Assembly: GCF_009914755.1 (NCBI RefSeq)
Contig: NC_060935.1
DNA: 64,000 nucleotides
Origin: the human T2T-CHM13v2.0 reference genome, Homo sapiens
Direction: 5' to 3' (one strand)
The notes under the pieces were generated by a model that searched no databases, was not told the DNA's origin, and saw nothing but the letters and a program-made list of their open reading frames with translations. Both the position numbers and the translations under genes were made by a program. This document shows, piece by piece, positions 52,600 to 64,000 of this stretch (its first letter is position 1; each line of letters opens with the position of its first letter).

Positions 52600-53788
52600 T
52601 GACCAGAAAGGGAAGACTTTCACAGTTCCTACCCGAACTACAACATCGATATTTTCATTTGTCTTTCCTAGGAACTCTTACCTTAATCACCTGACCAATA
52701 TGCTGACGACTAACATGTTGCGCCCTGCCTTTCTTCCGGGCCTCTCTGCCTTGCTGATCTGTTTTGCTGGTGTGCCCTCCACTGTGCTCTTGGGTCTTTG
52801 TCTCTCGGTAAAGCCTAGTACTGTGGTTGCTGTACACAAAACCTGTAGATGATTAAGATCTCTGTTCACTGCAGGGCCATTCATCTCCCAGCAACTATTT
52901 TATCCTTAAGTCAAGAGACTTGCCTCTCAGCCCCTGGGGACCATGGAAAGAGTGCTAGAAACCTACAGAGTATGACCCTTTGTAGCCTTATGCAAGAAGT
53001 GACCTGTGTCTTTCCTGTCATGAGAGAGGACAGACATTGCAGGAATCAAACGCATAACACTAGTGCAAAACTGGGGATAATGCCCAAACCTGGTTAGGCA
53101 GGGGCGCCTGGAACATGCTTGTCCAGGAAATCTTCCACTCAGTTCTGCTGCCTCCATGTCCCAGATGATCACAGAAGCCTCCTGAGAAGGGTTGAATCCC
53201 CCGTCGCCTGGGGATCCCAAGAAAGCTGCAGAGGAAAGACTTTCTCTTCCAAGATCAGAACAAAGGACGGTTAGCATTGTGCCCAGTAGTGCCAAAAGGT
53301 AAGGTTGGGTTAAAATAAGAATTTGCCTTAAGCTCTTTTCCCGGGGGCTTGTTTTTTTCATTAACCTTGTTGGCTGGACTTTAGGGAAGTATGCACCATC
53401 TTCTCCAGAAGTGCTTCAGATTTTATATTTTTAAGAAATTCAAGAGTCTGAGTTAGGCACTTTAATGTAACCTCCCCAAAGCTTTTGTTCCAGGAATTGA
53501 CTTGGGGATTAATCTGTTTAGCAAATTCTGACACAGAGGCATCTCATAACCTTTTATTTTTTCTACAGACCACATTGTATCTACCTGGGATGTTTTGAAA
53601 ATGAACAGTGACACCTAAGAATGTATACTTATCTCTTCATGCCAATTCTCCAAACTGGATGTTGCCCATGTCTCAAAATTACTTGCCTCCAATTTTAGGG
53701 CATAAAGTGTGAGATTCTGTAGCATGAGATCATATGCTCTTAAAATACTAAGTATATATAAATTATCCCTTAGCATCTTTAACATGCA

Positions 53789-53931
53789 TTTTTTTTTTGT
53801 AGAGACAGTATCTCTACAAAAAAATCTCTCTGTATTGCTCAGGCTGGTCTTGAAATCCTGGGCTCAAGAGATCTTCCCATCTCGGCTTCCCAAAATGCTA
53901 GAATTACAGGCATGAGTCTCCACACCTGGCC
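53789..53931 (-). mobile_element. FLAM_C / Alu left monomer
   Basis: TTTTGTAGAGAC..CAGGCTGGTCTTGAAATCCTGGGCTCAAG..TTACAGGCATGAG; TSD TAACATG. Confidence 0.88.
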
Positions 53932-54411
53932 TAACATGAAATATTCTTTAACAGTATTCTTTAGGATAATATATTATTCTATAGATTTGAAATAATTTAT
54001 CAGTTCTATACTTAATTATAAATACTCTTGGGAATAAAACATACTTATCTAATAAGCAAACAGTCGTGCTATTCCAAACAATTTGGGATTGCCTTTCCAA
54101 GCATTTTTTGGGGGTTTCTTCAACTGATTGAGAGACCCCCGGCCGGGGAAGAGAAAGAGAATTTGATTTGTGACACTGATGGAATGGACTACAACCTTTT
54201 GGTGGTGACTCTACTGGGGACTTGTCACAGAGCTTATTTTCTAAACAGATGTGAAAAATGAAAGTCAGGCTGCTGTCTGGTTGGTAAGATAAAGCTTTCA
54301 TTAATACTTGGCAGCATTATTTTAGCTAAAGTGTCAGATCAAACGCCCACATTATCACCTCCCCTTCCTGATTCCAACCGCCCATGATAGAAAAGAAATA
54401 AAAGACTAGGA

Positions 54412-54850
54412 ATAGGTCCATCAACTGGTGAATGGCTAAACAAAATGAGGTATATACATACAATAGATGGTTATTGAATCACAGTAGGGAATGAAGTACT
54501 GATACATGCTACAATATAGATGATCGTCATAAACATCATGCTACGTGAAAGAGGCCAGATGCAAAAATGTCACATATTATATGATTCTACTTATTTGAAA
54601 AACTCAAAGTAGGCAAATCCATAGAGACAGAAAGCAGACTGGTAGTTTCCCAGTGCTGGGGAGAAGGCAGACAGGGAAGTGACTGCTTAATGAGTATGAA
54701 GTTTCCTTTTGGGATGATGAAAATGTCTTGGGACTTAGATAGAAGTGATGGTTGCACAACACTGTGAATGTAGTAATTGCCATGGAGATGTACACCTCAA
54801 AATGGCTAAAATGAATTCTATGTTATGTGAATTTTACCTGAATTTAAAGA
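54412..54850 (+). mobile_element. L1MB7/8-type 3' UTR
   Basis: GTCCATCAACTGGTGAATGG..GAATGAAGTACTGATACATGCTACAA..AGGCAAATCCATAGAGACAGAAAGCAGA..TTTTGGGATGATGAAAATG. Confidence 0.88.
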
Positions 54851-55499
54851 AGAGTAGAAACAAACACCAAGAAAAAGGGAGGAAAGGAGGCATTATTGAA
54901 CAAGACATTTCAACAAGTTTTGGAATATGGAAAATATACGGAGAAGTGGCAACTGACTTACCAGAGTGGCAGAAGAAATAGTCTATGTGAGTGTGGGGAA
55001 TGGGGTGGATGTGGAACCAGTGAGAAATAAGCCGCTTTACTGGGAAGAACTACAGAAAGACTGAGGCTTGGACGCAGCTTGTGCTACTACAGGTAGCAGT
55101 AAACAGGGGGATTTGTTGAACTTCAGAATATAGAGAATTTTGATGTAAGAGGTTTTTTTTTTCTCGTCTCAAACCAGGAGACTTTTTTTGTTCTCTAGGT
55201 GAGGGAGATCTAGAGACAGCCAAGTACAGGGTGCAGTATCATCTAGAAAATAAAGAAGAGGTTTGAGTCTGCAGGTGAGACTCCTGCTCTCTTCCTGGAA
55301 TGCTGGCAGCCAGGCTTAGATCAGCCTCTCTGCCCTGCTCCAGGCAGAAGATGGAAAGATCCCTTTCTGGAGAAACTGACTCATCCAAGAGATAACAGCT
55401 CATATTCTTACTTTTTAGAGCTCTCCAGTAAAATGCAGCTCAACACTTGATCAGTTTCCAGCGATGACCCCTGATCAGGCCCTCACTACGAACCTCTGG

Positions 55500-56950
55500 G
55501 TTTTAATTGGTTATTTAGTATCTCAATTTTAAAGATCAAAGACAGGATCGCTTTTGAGGAAACTTCCAACTTTAATGAAAGAATTTAAAAAAAAAAAGGA
55601 AAAAAAACCTGATAGTGTAAAGAGCAGAGAAATGGCAGGGAAATGAAAATTAAGTTAAAAAACAGAAACTTTTATATAATTCTAATCCTTTGCAGAGATA
55701 AAAAAATACATTGCATACCTAAAACAAGTACAAGTTGCCATGGAAACAGATTCATTAGTGAAGAGGAAAGAGATCTTGGAAATTAAAGACATAAAAGACA
55801 AAATAAAAATTAAAAAAATTAAACAGAATTTAGAACATAATGTTGAAATGAGAGAACTTTAGATCTCAAAAACAACAGAGAATCAACCCAGGAGATTGTG
55901 TGTGACTAAAGAAGTCTCAGAAAGAGAATAGAGGAAAGGAAGGAATATTATAAGAAAAGTTTCAAGAATAAAAGGTCATGGGCCTCCAGACTGATAAAAA
56001 TCCATCTTGTACCCAGAAAAAATTGACTTTTCAAGAACTGAATCAGAACCTATCCTGTGAAATGTTAGGACAAGTAGATCCTAAAATCTTCCAGAGGGAA
56101 TCCATTCAAAGGCCTTGAATGGCATTAGACTTCTCCATATCAATACTGGATGGTGAAAGAAAAAGAGCAATACCTTAAACTTGCTAAAAGAAAATGATTT
56201 TTAACTAGAATTCAATTTCCATCTCAATTAAAAAACCCACTGTAAAGAAAAAATTCAAATCTTCTCAGGCATATAATAACTCTAAAATTCTACCTCCTGT
56301 GCACCTAATTTTGGCAAGTATCTCAGGAAGATACACTTTGCTAGAACAAGGACATAGTTTAAGAAAGTGGAAGAAATCAGATCTGGGAATCAGGGGATCA
56401 CATGATACAGAGGCACAGCCAGAGGGATCCCAGGGAGAGCATGTCCAGTGTGACAAGGAGTGGACAGCTTCAGAAGGGACAGCACCAGGGGAAAAAACAA
56501 AATGAATATCTGATTGGCATAAACATTTGGAAAGTAGTATTAAAAATGTGTGTAACAGGTGTGTTGTTACATTTGCCAAAAAAGAGCAAAAGGGAAAAAA
56601 AACCCCAAGCAGATGAAAAGTAAAGAAGGCAATGGTTAACTACTGGAAAAACAAAAAACAATATTCAAGAAAGGAAACGAAATCATGGTATACTTCTTGA
56701 CTAATGGGTGAAAAATGAAGATGTACATAGTTATTAAAATGCAAACATTGATTATTGAGTTAACCCAAAGTTGTGACATTTGGAAGCACGGGTAGGCACA
56801 GTGGGGTGTAAGAGACCTAAATCCTCACTTACCGTAATGTTTAAAAAATTGCCATGTCAAAGAATAGCAGCATATCATATTATTTAGAAATATGGATGCA
56901 AATGCCAGAAGAAAAATTAAAGGAAGTGAAAAATGTTTTCCTCTAGGAAT
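55500..56950 (+). mobile_element. HAL1 (half-L1) relic
   Basis: A-rich ORF1-like region, AAGAAAATGATTTTTAACTAGAATTC, then GGAATCAGGGGATC.. 3' region as recalled for HAL1. Confidence 0.6.
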
Positions 56951-56984
56951 AGGACAGGGGACGTAATAGGGAACAGATATTCTG

Positions 56985-57185
56985 CATTATCTCAATTAAT
57001 TCTCACAACTGTGACTGAAGCTCTTTTGCTCTCCTTGTTTTGCAGATGAGCAAACTCACAGAGGGATGCAACTTGCCTAGGATCGTATAGCCAGCAGCTC
57101 ATGAGTGTGGAATGGGGATTCAAATAAGGTCTAGGAGACTCCAAAATCCATGTGCTTAACCATGAAGTTTTACTACCCCTTCTCT
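56985..57185 (-). mobile_element. MIR
   Basis: ATTATCTCAATTAATTCTCACAAC..TTTTGCAGATGAGCAAACT..AACTTGCCTAGGATC..GGGATTCAAA. Confidence 0.8.
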
Positions 57186-57302
57186 GCTTCTTCATTAAGT
57201 ATTTTTAGTGCCTAATTGCCCATGCTCTCTGCCAGGTGCAGTAAAGGAGGATTACACAGGTGCAATATGAGCCATGACTCTTGTTGAAATCAGCACGTCA
57301 AA

Positions 57303-57915
57303 AATAAGGCTAATGAGCACGTGAAAAGATGCTCAACATCACTAATCATTAGGGAAATGCAAAACTGCATTAAAATATCACCTCATATACATTAGGATGG
57401 CTACTATGAAAAAAACCAGAAAATAACAAATATTGGCAAGGATGTGGAATAACTGGAACACTCATGCACTGTTGGTGGGAATGTAAAATGGTGCAGCTGC
57501 TGTGGAAAACAGTATGATGGCTCTTAAAAAAATTTTAAAAAAATAGATTTCTCATATAATTCTGCAATTCCATTCCTGGATATATACCCCAAAGAATGGA
57601 GAAAACAGGATCCTGGAGAGATGTTTGTATACCCATGTTCATAGCAGCATTATTCACAATAGCTAACATCTGGCAGAACCCAATGAATGAGTGGATAAAC
57701 AAAATGTAGTATATACACACAATGGGATATTAGTCTTAAAAAGGAAGGAAATTCTGACACATGCCACAACATGGAGGTGCCTTGAGGACATTATGCTAAG
57801 TGAAATAAAGCCAGTCACAAAAGGACAAATATTATATGATTCCATTTATATAAGCTACTTAGAGTGGTCAAATTCATAGAGACAGAAAGTAGAATGGTGG
57901 TTGCCGGGGATGTAA
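57303..57915 (+). mobile_element. L1MB: ORF2 C-terminal region and 3' UTR fragment
   Basis: GTGAAAAGATGCTCAACATCACTAATCATTAGGGAAATGCAAA..GGTGGGAATGTAAAATGGTGCAGC..GACATTATGCTAAGTGAAATAAAGCCAGTCACAAAAGG. Confidence 0.9.
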
Positions 57916-57989
57916 AGGTGGGCATTTCTCAAAAAACTGAGAAATACAGAAAAATAAAAATCACTCACTGTTTGCCACACTTCTACCCT

Positions 57990-58830
57990 GGTTCTTTTTA
58001 AATCTATTTTTCTTACTCAAAGAAATACATGTTTATAGTTTAAACATTCAAATAGTACTACAGGTTCGTAATAAACAAGAGCGGTCCAACTCCCCTCCTC
58101 CTAGCCCTGTGCTCCAGTCCTTTCAGATGTTGTTTCTGGTCTTTGTATTTCTCAATAACATGCCTAAATGTATTTTCTGGCTCCTTGTATTGTTTATTTA
58201 TTATTTGTTGAGTTTATTGCTATGAAAAATAGAGATTAGATCACTTACAGGGTCTTCCTGACACCGTGCTCACCTTCCCCACCTATATGTACAATTCACC
58301 TTCCCTGTCCTCATGGAAATAATATTACTCTTTTAGTTAAGTCACAGGTCAGTATTTATGTTATGATTATGTAAATATTGTTTATGTAATGTGCTAGGGC
58401 TACTTTTTTTTTCTTTAATTCCTTATCCTCCTTCACCCTCACCACCCAACCCCAATCTCATCCTGGAGTTCACAGTTATCTCATTTTTCCTTTGCTTGGT
58501 TTTCTAAAATCTATCTCCTGGCTCTTTCTCCAACTCTTCTCTCAGTAAGATAGTTTCTCAGCTCTACCTTTTCCCCTTGTTGACATTGCTCCAGAGGCCT
58601 TCAACCTGCTCAGGTGGCTATTCTGCTTGGTCACTCACTTGTCCTCCTAGGTTTTCTTATCTCCATCATCTTGGGGATTCTGGTCTCCAATTTCCTGTGT
58701 TAGACCAACTGTGTCCTGGATCCCATATCTTTCTGTCTCTTAGTTTATTTCTTTGCTTTGATTGAACATACTACCTATGACATTTCTGAGAAACAATGAA
58801 AGAGAAATGATTTTTTGAGTTGTGGGATGA
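57990..58830 (-). mobile_element. HAL1 relic (opposite orientation)
   Basis: TCTCCATCATCTTGGGGATTC..GTGTCCTGGATCCCATATCTTTC..ATTTCTGAGAAA. Confidence 0.55.
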
Positions 58831-59324
58831 ATATTAAAGTCACTACCCGGGAAGGATCATTGTGCCTCTATCTGTATGAGGGATTCCCCTTGCACTTCTC
58901 AACCATAGACAGCTCTGTTCTGTCTCTTGAGCTCTTGGTGAACCCATCCCCCAGGACAACATTTCTATGTGTCTTGGTCTGGCACAAGGTGACTACCTAT
59001 TCCCAGCAAATGCCAATCAACACCTGTCTTAATAATACCTTAGCTTCAACACCCAAGGTTTAAGTTGCATTAATCACTTAATAAAGAAACCTTCACAAAT
59101 GCTAATTACTAACCTAGTCCTTAAACCATACTCATTTAAAGAGGTGGCATCTTAGAAGTTACAGTGTTTATAGTCATTCAACAAACATTTATTGTCAGCC
59201 ATATAGAAGACACCATGCAAGGGCTTTACATGGGTTATCCAATGTAGTCCTCATGAAGGTCCTGTGAAGTGGGAATTATTGCCATTTGTGAATGAGTTTC
59301 AGAGAGATAAAACTTCTCCAGCCA

Positions 59325-59850
59325 TTCATTCAACACATTTACTGAGTATCTACTATGTGCTAGAAAATGAGGATACCGCAGGGGGCAGAGGCACATGTCC
59401 CTGACCTCTTGGAGTTTCTAGTCTAGCCTAGTCTGTTTCCAAGGGTAACAGATATTAAATAAATAATTTCACAAATAGTCTATTAAATACATTTGAGACA
59501 AGTGTCATGAAAAAGAAGTACAAGATGCTATGGGAATGTATAAAGGCCATAAGCTGTCCTAGTCTGGGGCTCAGAGGTGGTTTTTCTGAAGCAGTGCATT
59601 AAGTCTGCAGGATAAGGAAGAGTCAGCCAGATGAAATGAAGTCTAAGGTTGGAGAGAGGGAGGGAACAGCATGAGCAAAGGCTCAGGGGCAGGAAGGGGC
59701 TTTGCATATACGAAGAACTGAAAGGCCAATGCGGCTGGAACAAAGAATGGAATGGTGTGGCATAAAGTGCAGCAGGGACCGGGTCAGGGAGAAGACCATA
59801 AAGCATTTGTGCACGCTGTTAAAGAATCTGTATGCAACCTTGGTGGACGT
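59325..59850 (-). mobile_element. L2a fragment
   Basis: CATTCATTCAACACATTTACTGAGTATCTACTATGTGC..GAGGGAACAGCATGAGCAAAGGC..GAACTGAAAGGCCAATGCGGCTGGA. Confidence 0.85.
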
Positions 59851-61496
59851 GGGAGACATGACTGCTGAACTTGAAGCGCATCCCTGGAGATGGGGATAAA
59901 TGGAGGGATGCGGGATGTGTGAAGCAAGAGGCTTGTTCATGGTCAGAACCGGCATCTGAACCCAGCTCTCATGACAAGTCTGCTGCTCTTTTTGGTACAC
60001 AAAACCCGTTTCTTTCTCTGTGTGAGAATGAACAAGGTGCCTGCACATTTTTCTGTCCCAGTGCAGTGTTTGAGGATGCTAAGTTACACCCCAACAGCTG
60101 TGCAAAATCTGTTTCTCTCTTGTGTAGTGATGGAGGCTATACATTGTGTTGTGAAAGGTGTCACTCATTTGGGAAATTAGAACAAAACATAGTCATTGCC
60201 TTTAACAGCACACAGCCTAATAGAGGCAATAGGAATGTAAACAGGGTCCCAAGCCAAAACTTAACATGAGCAAGTTATAGAATCATATACAATTCTTAGG
60301 GTCATAATTCTAGGGCTACATGTTTTGACTGTTTGACCACACTATATGCAGCAGTATCGTTAATGGTCCTGGATCTAGGCAGCATTTTCCGAAGTAGACT
60401 TAAAATAACATCACTCTTAGACTGGTCTGATTCTCTGTTTTGGCTAGAAATTGTGTTCCTCAAGAATAATAACACATTTAAAATCATCCTTATTTTTTAA
60501 GTTCAGATATTCTGCTAAATCATTGATCTCCATGAATTCATTGGTCAATGTTTTAAAACTTTCTCACAAACGGGCTTATTGGAAATGGAGGCAGAAAATA
60601 AGGTGTTCAATAATATGACCACATGGTCTAAATTTCCTACAATACGCTTAGTTTACATGTGCAACACCTTTGTCAGACATATACCCAATTTTGGTTTGAA
60701 AATAGCATTTACTTCCCAGGAGTGGTGTGTAGGAACTTAAGGGTCCTAGTATGTATGTCTCTAGTGGAAACTTTGGGGTTCAGTTTGAAAAGGCAGTGTA
60801 TCTCATGTGGATCCCTGTGATTCTCAGGGATTCTATACTAGGCAGTCCCTTGTGGATGCCTGGGGAAGTCGGGCTGTGATCCTTACAGACCTTCTCTGAG
60901 CTGCCATACAGATGGGGCAGAGGGTGAATGATGGAAAAAGAACAAATGTTGCTGATGGTCCATGATTCGTCCGCAAATATTGTAAAACCCTGTACTACCT
61001 GGCTGATGCTTTAACAAAATAGCTTCAGGGACATTAAAAAAGTAGTGTTTCCTGGTGTGCTGGTAAATATTTATTGATACAAAGATTGTGTAATCACAAT
61101 TTAAAATATACAGTACTCTTGATTGTAAATTCCTTATAACCAATTGATCCCCACAGAATGCTCTTGTTGACTTTTGTTTGAGGCTCTTGTATCTATAGTG
61201 TATCCAATCTATTATTGCAATTGATGGACAAGTGCCATTCTGATAAGAATGTGGGCTGAGATTTCCCTTTATGTTAATGAGTAAGAAGAAAGGGAAACAG
61301 CAGAGCTAGACACTGGGCCTTCAATCGTTTGTTAACAACACGAGCAACCTTTTTGTTGAACTGGATAATAGTTTTTGAATACTGGAAGAATATTTCCTCA
61401 GTCTTTTTCTGTTATTCACCATGCATTGGCTACAGTCACATTTTAGAATTTAACCTGCATTATTAGCATTTCTCCATCACTTTTTATAAGTCTAGA

Positions 61497-61729
61497 CTGG
61501 GGATTATTAAACTGTGGTCTAGGGGCCATATCTGGTCCCCTGACCTGTTTTCGTACATAAAGTTTTCTGGAACACAACCATGTCCACTAGTTTTATATAT
61601 TGTATATGGCTGCTTTTGTATTACAATAGCAGAAGCAGAGTCGAGTAGGTTGGACAGAGATTTAATGGACGCAAAGTCAAAATTATTTAATATCTGGCCT
61701 TTTGCAAAATAAGATTTACCAAGCCTTGG
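61497..61729. mobile_element. MER58A (hAT-Charlie MITE)
   Basis: CCTGTTTTCGTACATAAAGTTTTCTGGAACACAACCATG..ATGGCTGCTTTTG..AATATCTGGCCTTTTGCA. Confidence 0.85.
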
Positions 61730-61774
61730 TCTGGGTGGTCAACAAAACAATAAATCAAGCCTTGATCTGTAGTG

Positions 61775-62140
61775 TCTGCCAATTTCCATGGTGTAAATAC
61801 TCCCATCATGGCCAATTTCTATCTACCAACATGACACAGCAAAACATAGAGTTGGGAAGAGATGTGTAAAGTACACCGTTATAGAGTATTCTCACTCTAT
61901 AGCTACAGTGGCTATAAATAACTTCCAGAGCATAGACAATAGTAAAATGTAGTCATAATTAAGAACTGGTAAGTTTTGAGTGTTTATTACCTTTGTTTCT
62001 AAATACAATTTATTTAATTTTAAGTTTATATTTTAATTTCGAATAATGGCTGGGTTTAACAAGTGGTTTGCAAAATCTCTGAGAACTTAACAATCAGTTA
62101 TCATGAGTTGGCACTATTGCTTTCTTTTGGTGCCCAGCTG
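61775..62140. mobile_element. MER63 (hAT-Blackjack)
   Basis: TGCCAATTTCCATGGTGTAAATACTCCCATCATGGCCAATTTC..AGAGTTGGGAAGAGATG..ATAGTAAAATGTAGT. Confidence 0.8.
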
Positions 62141-63229
62141 TCTTCTTTTTTCAGCCATTTCCCTGTCTCCAGGAGATAATCCTTTTTTTTCTTCTCAGCC
62201 TGTCTGCTTCCCAAAGTATCCTTTGTTCTTTTCATGGCCCTCTGGCTACGCAGGGACCCCACTTTTTGCCAAACTAATCTTTTAAAACATATGTCCCACA
62301 GAGTACCATTCCCTTTCATCTGCTTCCCATCAATACTCTTATTTCTACAATAGGGTTGATACCAAATGGCCAGCAACAATTTGTAATAAGCTGTAAATGA
62401 TTAATGGCCTGGAAACACTTGCATTTTAAAAAAAGGAGTCTTGTTGACCCAAAGGTTATAGGGTTTGAATGTCTGGCAACATTGCAGGTGTGAGGAACGT
62501 CTTTGGAATTCCTAGTTCCCCCCAAAAGGTTACTGTCTTCTTCAGTGACAAACAACCAACCCAAGCGTGTACCCTGATGCTCCTCATTACCCCTCAAAAC
62601 TTTTTCCTTTTCAATCTTTTTAGTTTTAGCTCTTTATTTCCCCTCCACTTTCATTCCTTATTTAAACCTCTCAATTGTAACTGAAGCAGATGTTATATGG
62701 ACTTGGGGAAAGGGATCAAGAAATCATTCAGTTGTTTGTGCTTATCTAGAACTGTCAGCCCCTGAATTGTGTGGTCTTGGCTGGCATCTGAGCACACCTG
62801 GTGCATCAGCAGAATCAGTGTTCTCTCAGTTCCTGGTTGGCTCTACTGTCTGGCACCATTCGGCTGTTTGTACTTATCTGGAACTGCCAATGGGAAGATC
62901 ACATGGTCATTGAGAAACCGCACCCTGAAGAGATGGCTAAAAGCCTGGAGGGCATGCCCATCACAGCCTTGCCGGGAGTGTGAAAGGTGGTGTGAAGACC
63001 CTGGGGCTCACAGGACTCCCTCACCATGGGGCACAGTGTAAGAAGGTCCACGGTGAAAATGCAGTAGGAGGCAGTTACATCAGGCTCTGGATCGATGATA
63101 TCAAGGAACAACCCAGGCTGAAGGAAAAGGCGTTTGTGTTTCAGGAAAGATGTATTGAGCCTCATCCATGCTCCAGACTTTGTTTAGGCCCTGGGTTACA
63201 GCATGGAATGGAATGAAACCCCTGTTCTT

Positions 63230-63930
63230 TAGTTTCTTACATGTTGAGTGGGTGAGACAGAAAGCAGCAATATGGTAAAGAGGGGGGAACAGGGGAAGAA
63301 TGGTAGGAGATCAAGTTAGAGAGGGGAATGGGCTAGATCATGGAGCAACCGGGGCAAGATGTCAAGCCCTTGGAAGGTTTTGAGCAAGAGAGTGTTATGT
63401 TCTGACTTACGTCTTGAAACACTCTAGTTGCTGTACAAGGAGACCAGGTCAGAGGCTATTGCAGTTGTCCAGGTGAAGGTGGCCAGGTAGCGATGGAGGA
63501 TGAGAAGTAGAAAATTATGTGAAGGCAGAGCTGACAGGATTTACAGATGGATTGGCTCATGAGAGGAAAAGAGGGACTCACGGATGATGCCAAAGTTTTT
63601 GACCTGAGAAACTGGAAGAATGGAATTTCCACTTACTATGATGGGAGAGGTTGTGAAAGGATGACTTAGGGGTTGGAGAAAACCAGGAGTTTGGATATGG
63701 GCCTTAGATATTGCCATGCAGATGTTGAGTAGACAGCTGCACATATGAGTTGGGAGTGCAGAGGGAGAGGCTGGGGTTCTGGGTATCAGTATATGAATCA
63801 TCTGTGTCCACATGGCATTTAAAGGCATGAGACCAGGTGACCCCCCTTATAGAAAGATTAGATCCAAAAGAGTAGTGGTCTGAGGACTGGGCTTTAGGCC
63901 CTGATGCTCAGAGGTGAGGACCCAGGAAAG
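63230..63930 (-). mobile_element. L2 fragment
   Basis: GGAGACCAGGTCAGAGGCTATTGCAGTTGTCCAGGTGA..GCAGAGCTGACAGGATTTACAGATGGATTGG..GGATGATGCCAAAGTTTTTGACCTGAG. Confidence 0.85.
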
Positions 63931-64000
63931 GAGACACAGAGAATCCTCTTTGTCAGAGCATTACAAAAGGGCTATTTGGAAATAGTTCAGGTGGTGACTG

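Noticed and set aside
52585-52700. Box C/D snoRNA-like pattern (GTGATGA...CTGA)
   Set aside because: TGATGA is expected in this TGA-rich tract, the terminal stem is weak, and there is no evident host intron or antisense guide; snoscan/Rfam would be needed.

Overview
Primate (almost certainly human) non-coding genomic DNA. It is densely populated by interspersed repeats: 15 near-full-length Alus (AluJ/S/Y) plus two FLAM monomers, many MIR and L2 relics, L1 fragments (L1PB, L1PA15/16, L1MB, L1MC/MD, HAL1), MaLR/ERVL solo LTRs, DNA-transposon MITEs (MER47A, MER58A, MER5A1, MER81, MER91, MER63, MADE1) and microsatellites. I find no credible protein-coding exon, tRNA, rRNA or CRISPR array; the ORF track is explained by Alu, L1, STR and chance ORFs. 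From memory only (unverified), the sequence from ~38.8 kb onward resembles human 11p13 between the divergent epithelial ETS genes ELF5 and EHF; I do not recognise a coding exon of either gene in the window. The most interesting material is in the repeat-poor islands: motif-dense candidate enhancers (2.0-3.1 kb, 34.1-34.35 kb), a compact CRE-half/NF-kB/STAT composite (49121-49140), candidate non-coding exons, small non-TE local duplications, a template-switch hairpin in a FLAM, and an apparent bias to inverted orientation among closely spaced Alus. I do not see evidence for a novel biological system. Repeat subfamily calls and boundaries were made by eye and are approximate.
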